A stretch of 64,000 nucleotides of DNA from the NCBI GenBank assembly GCA_046723845.1, contig JBKOVG010000159.1, positions 764-64,763 of the forward strand, read 5' to 3'. The translations under genes were made by a program, and so were the position numbers. Every line of letters starts with the position of its first letter. Position 1 is the stretch's first letter. This DNA is from Candidatus Methylomirabilota bacterium (GTDB taxonomy: Bacteria > Methylomirabilota > Methylomirabilia > Rokubacteriales > CSP1-6). Of this stretch, positions 37,082 through 44,874 are shown piece by piece. The notes beneath the pieces were generated by a model. The model saw only the letters and a program-made list of their open reading frames with translations. It did no database searches and was not told the origin of the DNA.

Positions 37082-39406
37082 GTGACCTCGCCTCAGGACC
37101 TGATCGGCGCCTCGCCGCGGCGGAAGGAAGACCGGCGGCTCCTCACGGGCGCTGGCCGCTACGTGGACGATCTCACCCGTCCCGGCATGTTGCACATGAT
37201 CGTGGTGCGCAGCCGCCACGCCCACGCCCGCATCGTCAAGATCGCCCTCGAGGCGGCGCGCGCTTTGCCCGGCGTCGCGGCCGTATGGACGGCCCTCGAT
37301 CTGCCCGAGATGAAGAACGCCATGCCCGCCGCCTACGGCGGCACCTACAAAGGCCGCGCCTTCCAGGTGCCTGTGCTCGCGCACGAGCGCGTGCGCTACG
37401 TCGGCGAGGGCGTGGCGGTGGTGCTCGCGGAGAGCGTGTATGCGGCGGCGGACGCGGCGCAGGCCGTGGAGATCGAGTACGATCCCCTGCCCGTGGCCTC
37501 GGACACGGAGGCGGCCGTCACCGCCGAGCCGCCGATTCACGAGTGGCCCGACAACACCACGCTGCCCGTGGGCGCGCACGTCGGCGACGTCGATCCGGTG
37601 TGGGGGCAGTGCAACCTCGTGGTCAGCGAGCGCATGCGGCATCCGCGCATCGCGGGCGCGGCCCTCGAGACGCGCGGGGCCTTCGCCTATCGCGACGCGG
37701 ACACCGGCGCCCTCACCGTGTGGTCCTCCACGCAGAATCCCTACTCGCTCCGCGACTCGCTCACCGCCGTGCTCGACCTGCCCGCAGAGCAGGTTCGCGT
37801 GATGGTGCCCGACGTGGGCGGCGGCTTCGGCCCCAAGGGCTCGATCTATCCCGAGGAAATGCTGGTGGCAGCGGCCGCCCTCAAGACGAATCGGCCCGTG
37901 AAGTGGATCGGGAGCCGCGCCGAGGACCTGATGACGAGCGGGCACGACCGCGACCAGGTGCATCAGGCGCGCGTGGGCTTCCGGAGTGACGGGACCATCC
38001 TCGCCGTGGAGGACGTCTTCCTCGCCGACGTGGGCGCCTATCCCATCGCGGGGGAAGGCCTCACCCTCAACACGGTGAACCACTTCTGCGCGCCCTATCG
38101 CGTGGCCAACTTCAGGAGCGCGGGTAAGAGCGTGGTCACCAACAAGACGCTCAACGGCGCCTATCGGGGCGCGGGACGGCCCGAGGCCAACTTCGTGATG
38201 GAGCGTCTCATGAACCTGGGCGCGCGCCGCCTCGGCATCGATCCCGCCGAGCTGCGCCGGCGCAATCTCGTCCGGCCCGCGGACATGCCCTACAAGCCCG
38301 GCCTCATCTACAAGGACGGCACGCCCATCGCGTACGACCCCGCGGACTTTCCCGCCTCGCTCGACCGCGCGCTTTCGCTCCTGCGCTACGACGAGTGGCG
38401 CGCGCGACAGAAGGCGCAGCCGCGCGGGCCTCGACACCTGGGCATCGGCGTGTCGTGCTACGCGCAGGGCTCGGGGCTGGGCCCCTACGAGGGCGCCACC
38501 GTGCGCGTGGATCCGAGCGGCAAGGTCTACGTGTTCATCGGCGTCACCGCGCAGGGTCAGGGACATGCGACCACGCTGGCGCAGATCGCCGCCTCCGAGC
38601 TGGGCGCGAACTTCGACGACGTCATCGTCCAGGCCGGCGACACCACGCAGTTTCCTTTCGGCATGGGCACGGGCGGCAGCCGCGTCATGGCCAACTCCGG
38701 CCCCGCCGTGGCCCAGACCGCTCGCGAGGTGAGGCAGAAAGCGCAGGCCGTGGCCGCCGAGCTACTCGAGGCGGCGCCGGCGGACATCCGCATCGAGCGC
38801 GGCCTCGCCTTCGTAGCTGGTGTGCCCAGCAAGAGCATCACGCTCGCGCGTCTCTCGCTGGCCGCCATCAAGTCCAAGGCGCTCAAGCCGCTCGGCGAGC
38901 CCGGCCTCAACGCCTGCACCTACTTCTATCCCGGCACCGTCACCTGGGCCTTCGGTACCCAGGCCGCCGTCGTCGAGGTGGACGCGGAGTCGTGCCAGGC
39001 GCGGCTGCTCGCCTACGCCGTGGTGCACGACCCGGGACGCGCCGTCAATCCCGTGATCGTGGAGGGGCAGCTCCAGGGCGGCGCCGTCCAGGGCCTCGCC
39101 GCCGGGCTCCTCGAAGAACTCGTGTATGACGAAGCGGGCCAGCTCCTCACAGGGAGCTTCATGGACTACGCGATTCCAAAGTGCGACGACGTGCCGTCGA
39201 TCACCGTCGCCCTCACCGAGCACCGCTCGGTCATCAATCCGCTCGGTGTGAAGGGCGTGGGCGAGAGCGGCGCCATCCCGGGTGCGGCGGTTATCGTCAA
39301 CGCCATCGAGGACGCGCTCGCCGATCTCGACGTGGTGCTGCGCGAGGGCCCCGCCACGCCCACGCGCATCTGGAAGGCCCTGCAGGACGCGCAGCGCCGT
39401 GGGTAG
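37082..39406 (+). CDS. Xanthine-dehydrogenase-family molybdopterin-binding large subunit (form-II CoxL-like)
   Basis: 774 aa. N-terminal PRRKEDRRLLTGAGRYVDD. Active-site loop LNGAYRGAGRPE (an AYRGAGR-type motif, not VAYRCSFR). No adjacent medium or small subunit genes. Confidence 0.85.
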   Translation: MTSPQDLIGASPRRKEDRRLLTGAGRYVDDLTRPGMLHMIVVRSRHAHARIVKIALEAARALPGVAAVWTALDLPEMKNAMPAAYGGTYKGRAFQVPVLAHERVRYVGEGVAVVLAESVYAAADAAQAVEIEYDPLPVASDTEAAVTAEPPIHEWPDNTTLPVGAHVGDVDPVWGQCNLVVSERMRHPRIAGAALETRGAFAYRDADTGALTVWSSTQNPYSLRDSLTAVLDLPAEQVRVMVPDVGGGFGPKGSIYPEEMLVAAAALKTNRPVKWIGSRAEDLMTSGHDRDQVHQARVGFRSDGTILAVEDVFLADVGAYPIAGEGLTLNTVNHFCAPYRVANFRSAGKSVVTNKTLNGAYRGAGRPEANFVMERLMNLGARRLGIDPAELRRRNLVRPADMPYKPGLIYKDGTPIAYDPADFPASLDRALSLLRYDEWRARQKAQPRGPRHLGIGVSCYAQGSGLGPYEGATVRVDPSGKVYVFIGVTAQGQGHATTLAQIAASELGANFDDVIVQAGDTTQFPFGMGTGGSRVMANSGPAVAQTAREVRQKAQAVAAELLEAAPADIRIERGLAFVAGVPSKSITLARLSLAAIKSKALKPLGEPGLNACTYFYPGTVTWAFGTQAAVVEVDAESCQARLLAYAVVHDPGRAVNPVIVEGQLQGGAVQGLAAGLLEELVYDEAGQLLTGSFMDYAIPKCDDVPSITVALTEHRSVINPLGVKGVGESGAIPGAAVIVNAIEDALADLDVVLREGPATPTRIWKALQDAQRRG

Positions 39407-39424
39407 GCTGACGGTGCACCCTCA

Positions 39425-39449
39425 CCCTCTCCCTCGGGGAGGGAGAGGG
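39425..39449 (+). terminator. Strong hairpin after the CoxL-like gene (putative terminator)
   Basis: CCCTCTCCCTC-GGG-GAGGGAGAGGG is a perfect 11-bp stem starting 19 nt after the stop. No U-tract follows. Confidence 0.4.
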
Positions 39450-39469
39450 AGCGAGTCGTTGACCGCGCG

Positions 39470-40114
39470 ATGAAAGACAAGAAGCCCCCATCCTCGACCA
39501 TCGTCCTCCTCGTGCGCCATGGCCTCACCCCAACCACGGGCGTGAAGCTGCCCGGCCGCGCGCGCGGCCTCCACCTCTCCGACGAGGGGCGCCGCCAGGC
39601 CGAGGCCGCCGCCGCCCGCATCGCCAAGATCGAGAAGGTGGTAGCCATCTACTCCTCGCCGCTCGAGCGCGCGCGAGAGACGGCGAGCATCATCGCCAAG
39701 GCCCGCAACATGGCCGTGCGCATCGAGCGCGGTCTTCTGGAGGTGGACATCGGCAAGTGGACAGGCCTGGCCCTCAAGGAGGCGGCGGCCAAGCCTGAGT
39801 GGCGCGCCGTGCAGCAGCACCCGAGCGGCTTCCACTTCCCCGGCGGCGAGTCCTTCACCGAAATGCAGGCCCGGGTTACCAGCGCGCTGGCGCGGATCGT
39901 GGCGCGGCACACGGGCAAGATCATCGTGGCCGTGTCGCATGCCGATCCCATCAAGGCCGCGGTGGCCCACGCCATCGGCACGCCGCTCGATCTCTTCCAG
40001 CGCATCGTCATCGGCACCGCGTCGATCAGCGCGCTCGCCTACAGCCTGTCGAGCAGCGCGGCCCTCACCGTCAACTCCGTGGACGGCGACCTCGCGCACG
40101 TGGGTATCAAGTGA
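39470..40114 (+). CDS. Histidine-phosphatase (phosphoglycerate-mutase) superfamily protein, putative phosphomutase of the three-gene system
   Basis: 214 aa. The catalytic RHG motif is LLVRHGLT, followed by SSPLERARETA and SHADPIK. Confidence 0.85.
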   Translation: MKDKKPPSSTIVLLVRHGLTPTTGVKLPGRARGLHLSDEGRRQAEAAAARIAKIEKVVAIYSSPLERARETASIIAKARNMAVRIERGLLEVDIGKWTGLALKEAAAKPEWRAVQQHPSGFHFPGGESFTEMQARVTSALARIVARHTGKIIVAVSHADPIKAAVAHAIGTPLDLFQRIVIGTASISALAYSLSSSAALTVNSVDGDLAHVGIK

Positions 40115-40626
40115 GCCAGTCCTTCGACTTCGAGCAGCCGGACTTCTTCACGGCGGGAGCCATCGGCAAGCCCGGTGAGCGCGTCTTCTACCTGCAGGCG
40201 CGGGAGCGAGGCTCGGTCATCACGCTGAAGTGCGAGAAGGGCCAGGTGAAGTCGCTCGGCGACTATCTCGCGGGGCTCATCACCAAGCTGGGGGCGCCCA
40301 AGGGCAAGGTGCCGACCCGGATGGACCTCCTCGACTTCGCCGAGCCGGCGTGGATCGTGGCCACCCTCGGCGTGGGCTACGACGAGGACAACGACCGCAT
40401 CATCGTGGAGGCCCACGAGCTGTTCGAAGAGGAAGAGGAAGGCCAGCGCGCGGGCGAGGAGGCCGCCTCGGCCCGCCTGCGCATCACGCGCGAGCAGGCG
40501 CAGGCCTTCGTCACCCGCGCGGCCGAGCTGATGACGGGCGGACGTCCCAGCTGTCCCGTGTGCAGCGAGCCCATGGACACCAGTGGTCACATCTGCCGGC
40601 GCAGCAATGGGCATATCCTTCACTGA
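40111..40626 (+). CDS. DUF3090-family protein
   Basis: 171 aa from GTG 40111, in GTGA overlap with the upstream gene. Reads FDFEQPDFFTAGAIGKPGERVFYLQARERGSVITLKCEKGQV... with C-terminal CPVCSEPMDTSGHICRRSNGH. Confidence 0.8.
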   Translation: MSQSFDFEQPDFFTAGAIGKPGERVFYLQARERGSVITLKCEKGQVKSLGDYLAGLITKLGAPKGKVPTRMDLLDFAEPAWIVATLGVGYDEDNDRIIVEAHELFEEEEEGQRAGEEAASARLRITREQAQAFVTRAAELMTGGRPSCPVCSEPMDTSGHICRRSNGHILH

Positions 40627-41314
40627 TGCGCTGGAGCTCCTGAGGCACGGCGCCGTCACCGTCAAAGGCCGCATGCCCTGGGCGAGCAACGTGACCCTGC
40701 TCGCCGAGGTGGAGCGCGATGGCGCCTGTGTGCGCGCCATCTACAAGCCCGGCCACGGCGAGCGCCCCCTCTGGGACTTCCCCCCCGGCCTCTACAAGCG
40801 GGAGGAGGCCGCCTATCTCTTCTCCGAGGCGCTCGGCTGGGGGCTCGTGCCTCCCACCATCGTGCGCGAGGGCCCGTTCGGTGAAGGCTCCTTCCAACTC
40901 TTCGTGGAAGCCGAGTTCGAGCAGCACTGGTTCACCATGCGCGAAGATCCGCGCCACCGCGAGCGCCTGCAGAAGATCTGCATCTTCGACTTCGTCGCCA
41001 ACAACGCCGACCGCAAGAGCGGTCACTGCCTCCTCGGGCCCGACAACCTGATCTACGCCATCGACAACGGCCTCTGCTTCCACACCGAGCTGAAGCTGCG
41101 CACGGTGATCTGGGACTACGCGGGCGAAGCCATCCCGAAGGACATGCTGGAGGACCTGAAGAGATTCGTGAAGGGCGGCCTGACCACGCCCCTCGCCAAC
41201 ATGCTCGCTCCCGACGAGCAGCAGGCCCTACTGGTGCGCGTGCAGGCTCTGGCCGACTACGCGCGCTTCCCGGAGGACAGGAGCGGCCACCGCTATCCCT
41301 GGCCGCTCGTGTAG
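40607..41314 (+). CDS. SCO1664-family protein (PI3/4-kinase-like fold)
   Basis: Reads AIYKPGHGERPLWDFPPGLYKREEAAYLFSEALGWGLVPPT...FDFVANNADRKSGHCL...IDNGLCFH, with kinase-like catalytic-loop and DxG-like motifs. ATG 40607 overlaps the DUF3090 3' end; 40583 is an alternative start. Confidence 0.8.
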   Translation: MGISFTDALELLRHGAVTVKGRMPWASNVTLLAEVERDGACVRAIYKPGHGERPLWDFPPGLYKREEAAYLFSEALGWGLVPPTIVREGPFGEGSFQLFVEAEFEQHWFTMREDPRHRERLQKICIFDFVANNADRKSGHCLLGPDNLIYAIDNGLCFHTELKLRTVIWDYAGEAIPKDMLEDLKRFVKGGLTTPLANMLAPDEQQALLVRVQALADYARFPEDRSGHRYPWPLV

Positions 41315-41447
41315 GAGAGGGCATCCACGTCGCGGAAGTTTTGCATCGAACCGAAAGTGTAGCGCAGGCGGGGCCGGAGTTTCGCTTGCCGACGGCGGGC
41401 AACCTCGCTACGCTCCGAGCGACCCTCTTCAACGAGGAGGAGCCGCC

Positions 41448-42677
41448 ATGCGGTACCTGTTCCGCAATGTGAAGCTGCTGGATCCGGCGCAGGATGAGCT
41501 CCTGGGCGGCCACGAGGTCCTCGTCGAGGGCGAGCTGATCCGTGAGGTGTCGGACCGGCCCCTCCAGGCCGGCAACGCCACCGTGATCGACGGCGGCGGA
41601 CGGACGCTCATGCCGGGGCTGATCGACTGCCACGTGCACGTGTTCCTGAGCGAGCTCAACATCCGGAGCCTGGAGCACGTGCCGCTCACCCTCATGACGG
41701 CGCGCGCGGCCGAGGCGATGCGCGCCATGATCGATCGCGGCTTCACCACCGTGCGCGACACGGGCGGCGCGGACTGGGGGATCAAGGCCGCGGTGGAGAC
41801 CGGGCTCCTCGCGGGGCCGCGCCTCTTCATCTCGGGGCGCGCCATCGGGCCCACGGGCGGGCACAGCGACTCGCGGCGGCGCACCGACGACGGCTCGTCG
41901 TGCGGTTGCTGCAACGCCATGGTGTTCTGCATGGCCCTGGCCGACGGCGCCGACGAGGCGCGGCGGAGCGCGCGCGAGCAGATGCGGCAGGGCGCCGACC
42001 AGGTGAAGATCATGATGTCGGGCGGCGTCGCCTCGCCTTACGACCCGCTCGACAGCCTGCAGTACAGCCCGGCCGAGGTGGCCGCCGTGGTGGAAGAGGC
42101 GCATGCTTTCGGCCGCTACGTGTGCGCCCATGCCTATACGCCCGAGGCCATCACGCGCGCCATGCAGGGTGGCGTGCGCACCATCGAGCACGGCAACCTG
42201 ATCGACGAGCCGGCGGCGCGCCTCATGGCCGCCCGGGGCGCCTTCCTCGTCGCCAACCTCGTCACGTACCAGGCCATGAAGGAACGCGCGGCGCAGTTTG
42301 GCATGTCCGCGGACATGCTCGCCAAGAACGACCTGGTCCTGGAGGCGGGCTATCGCTCGCTCGAGATCTGCAAGCGCGCGGGCGTACCCGTGGCCTACGG
42401 CAGCGATCTCCTGGGGCCGCTCCAAGAGGAGCAGAGCCGCGAGTTCCTCATCCGCGGCGAGGTGATGAAGCCCATCGAGGTGATCCGCGCCGCCACCACC
42501 ATCGGCGCCCGTGTGCTCCGCCGCGAGGGGAAGCTCGGAGTGATCGCGCCGGGAGCCTTCGCCGATCTGCTCGTGGTGAACGGCAATCCTCTGCTGGATC
42601 TGGGCCTCTTCCAGAAGCAGGGCGCGCATCTCTCGGCCATCATGAAGGGCGGAGCATTCCACAAGAACCTGCTCTGA
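41448..42677 (+). CDS. Amidohydrolase-superfamily metallohydrolase
   Basis: 409 aa. The HxH motif is MPGLIDCHVHVF, followed by VCAHAYT and HGNLID, then C-terminal GVIAPGAFADLLVV. Confidence 0.85.
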   Translation: MRYLFRNVKLLDPAQDELLGGHEVLVEGELIREVSDRPLQAGNATVIDGGGRTLMPGLIDCHVHVFLSELNIRSLEHVPLTLMTARAAEAMRAMIDRGFTTVRDTGGADWGIKAAVETGLLAGPRLFISGRAIGPTGGHSDSRRRTDDGSSCGCCNAMVFCMALADGADEARRSAREQMRQGADQVKIMMSGGVASPYDPLDSLQYSPAEVAAVVEEAHAFGRYVCAHAYTPEAITRAMQGGVRTIEHGNLIDEPAARLMAARGAFLVANLVTYQAMKERAAQFGMSADMLAKNDLVLEAGYRSLEICKRAGVPVAYGSDLLGPLQEEQSREFLIRGEVMKPIEVIRAATTIGARVLRREGKLGVIAPGAFADLLVVNGNPLLDLGLFQKQGAHLSAIMKGGAFHKNLL

Positions 42678-42721
42678 ACGCGCGCGAAAAGCTTCGCCCC
42701 CGCGGGCCGGCCTGAGACGAT

Positions 42722-43582
42722 GTGCCGGTGCGACTCTTCGACCGGAAGTTCGGCGCGGGGTTCCTCGCCCGGGTGCCGACCGAGCCCGGCGTCTACCGTC
42801 TCTACGACGAGGCCGGCACCCTCCTCTACGTGGGCAAGGCCGGCAATCTCCGCCGCCGCCTCGCCCAGTACCGCACGGCGGGGCGGCGGAAGAAGGAGCG
42901 CAAACGCCGCGCCCTGGTGAAAGCGGCGGCCAGCATCGCCTGGGAGGTCAGTGAGTCTGCCCTCGACGCCGCCCTCATCGAGATCCGTCTCATCCAGAGG
43001 CTTCGCCCGCCGCGGAACGTAACGAGTGCCTTTTCGTTCCTCTACCCCTTCGTGGGAATCCGCGTCGAGGGCGACGAGACGTACTTCTGCTTCACCACCT
43101 CGCCCGCGGCCTTTCCCGCCTTCGAGCTGTACGGCGCCTTCCGCTCCCGCGAGGTGACGGGCGAGGCCTTCTTCTCGGTCATGCGGCTACTCCACTTCGT
43201 CGGCCACCCTGTGCCGCGCCATCGCTGCCGGCGCTCCGTCGTGCCGCGCCGCTCGCACGTGCTGGGATTCCGCCGCCTGCCCGCGGGAACGGTGGCGGGG
43301 TGGAGGCGCCTGCTCCGCGGCGAGTCGCGCGACGCGCTCGAAGCGCTCACCCTCGAGCTCACCGACCACGCGGGCGCCCGAGCCCGCGCCGCGCAGATCC
43401 GCGAGCACTTGGTTGCCATCGACCGCTTCTTCGAGGAGGAGGCCCGCGCCCTCGCTCGGGTCGTCTCGGCCACCGGCCACCGGAGCTATCCGGTGACTCA
43501 GCAGGAGCGAGACCTGCTTTTCACGACCTGGCGGGAAGCCAGCGCTCTGGCCGAGGTCTCAGCGAAGCGCGGCGATCGCTGA
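42722..43582 (+). CDS. GIY-YIG nuclease-domain protein (UvrC N-terminal-like, no UvrC C-terminal domains)
   Basis: 286 aa from GTG 42722. The GIY-YIG motif is PGVYRLYDEAGTLLYVGKAGNLRRRLAQY...EIRLIQRLRPPRN. Confidence 0.75.
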   Translation: MPVRLFDRKFGAGFLARVPTEPGVYRLYDEAGTLLYVGKAGNLRRRLAQYRTAGRRKKERKRRALVKAAASIAWEVSESALDAALIEIRLIQRLRPPRNVTSAFSFLYPFVGIRVEGDETYFCFTTSPAAFPAFELYGAFRSREVTGEAFFSVMRLLHFVGHPVPRHRCRRSVVPRRSHVLGFRRLPAGTVAGWRRLLRGESRDALEALTLELTDHAGARARAAQIREHLVAIDRFFEEEARALARVVSATGHRSYPVTQQERDLLFTTWREASALAEVSAKRGDR

Positions 43583-44761
43583 CCCGCCGGCGGCCGCGAA
43601 GGCGACCACAAGCCACGGCGGGATGCGCCAGAACGAGAGCAGGCCGAACGACGCCAGGGCGAGGGCGAAATCCGCAGGCGCGAGGATCGCGCTCGTCCAG
43701 ACTGGGTGATACAGGGCGGAGAGGAGAAGGCCGACCACCGCAGCGTTGATGCCCCGCAGGGCCGCCTGGAAGGACACGCGGGTCCGAAGCACGTCCCAGA
43801 ATGGCAGCGCGCCCACCACGAGGAGGAAGGCGGGCAGGAAGATGGCGCCAAGGGCAAGAGTAGCGCCCGCCCACCCGTTCATCACCGCGCCCAGATACGC
43901 CGCGAAGGTGAACAGCGGTCCGGGCACCGCCTGCGCCGCGCCGTAGCCGGCGAGGAACTGTTCGTTCGACACCCAGCCGGGTGGCACCACCTCGGCCTGG
44001 AGCAGCGGCAGGACGACGTGGCCGCCTCCGAAGACGAGGGCGCCCGCTCGGTAGAAGCTGTCGAACACGGCGATCCACGAGCGTGGCGCGAAATAGCGGC
44101 TGACGGGTAGGCACACGAGGAGCGCGAAGAACACGACGAGCGCGAGGGCGCCGAGCCCGCGGCCGATGGGCGCTCGCACGTCGGGAACGGCGAGGCTCGT
44201 GGACTCGCGGAGCAACCGCCAGCCGACGAAGCCCGCGACCACGATCACCAGCACCTGTGTCCCCGCGGTGGACCACCCGGTCAGGACCACCGCGGCCAGC
44301 ACCGCGATGGTGGCCCGCTCGCGATCGGGACAGAGCGTCCGCGCCATGCCCCACACGGCCTGCGCGACGACGGCCACCGCCGCCACCTTGAGGCCATGCA
44401 GCCACCCCGCGCCGGAGAGGTCGAGGCCGCGAATACCGAGCGCGAAGAGCATCAGCGCGAGAGCGGAGGGCAGCGTGAAGCCGATCCAGGCGGCGAGGCC
44501 ACCGAGGAGCCCCGCGCGTAGTATGCCGATGGCGATGCCGACCTGGCTGCTCGCGGGTCCGGGCAGAAACTGGCAGAGGGCGACCAGATCCACGTAGGTC
44601 TGCTCGTCGACCCAGCGCCGCCGCGCGACGTACTCCTGCCGGAAGTAGCCCAGGTGCGCGACGGGGCCGCCGAACGACGTCAGGCCGAGGCGTGTGGCCG
44701 CGGCGAGCACCTCGAGCGCGCCGCCGCGGCGCATCCCGCTCAGACCGGCTTCGCAGTTCAT
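43559..44761 (-). CDS. chrA: Chromate ion transporter (CHR family)
   Basis: 400 aa. Duplicated CHR motifs are FGGPVAHLGYFRQEYV...FLPGPASSQ and FGGGHVVLPLLQ...AVPGPLFTF. The 3' end overlaps the convergent GIY-YIG gene by 24 nt. Confidence 0.9.
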   Translation of the reverse strand: MNCEAGLSGMRRGGALEVLAAATRLGLTSFGGPVAHLGYFRQEYVARRRWVDEQTYVDLVALCQFLPGPASSQVGIAIGILRAGLLGGLAAWIGFTLPSALALMLFALGIRGLDLSGAGWLHGLKVAAVAVVAQAVWGMARTLCPDRERATIAVLAAVVLTGWSTAGTQVLVIVVAGFVGWRLLRESTSLAVPDVRAPIGRGLGALALVVFFALLVCLPVSRYFAPRSWIAVFDSFYRAGALVFGGGHVVLPLLQAEVVPPGWVSNEQFLAGYGAAQAVPGPLFTFAAYLGAVMNGWAGATLALGAIFLPAFLLVVGALPFWDVLRTRVSFQAALRGINAAVVGLLLSALYHPVWTSAILAPADFALALASFGLLSFWRIPPWLVVAFAAAGGSAIAALR

Positions 44762-44874
44762 GAGCGGTCACCCAGACGCACGATCATCGGCGACCTCCAT
44801 GGAACAGCATGGGACAACAACATGAAGGGACGGTCGACACCCGTGGAGTGAAGCAGCCGGTCAGCTCGTCCAGA

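Noticed and set aside
43559-43582. 24-nt convergent overlap of the GIY-YIG gene and chrA, considered as a possible antisense regulatory arrangement.
   Set aside because: Short convergent overlaps are common in compact GC-rich genomes. The GIY-YIG C-terminus is low complexity, so its true stop or relevance is uncertain. Nothing else supports regulation.
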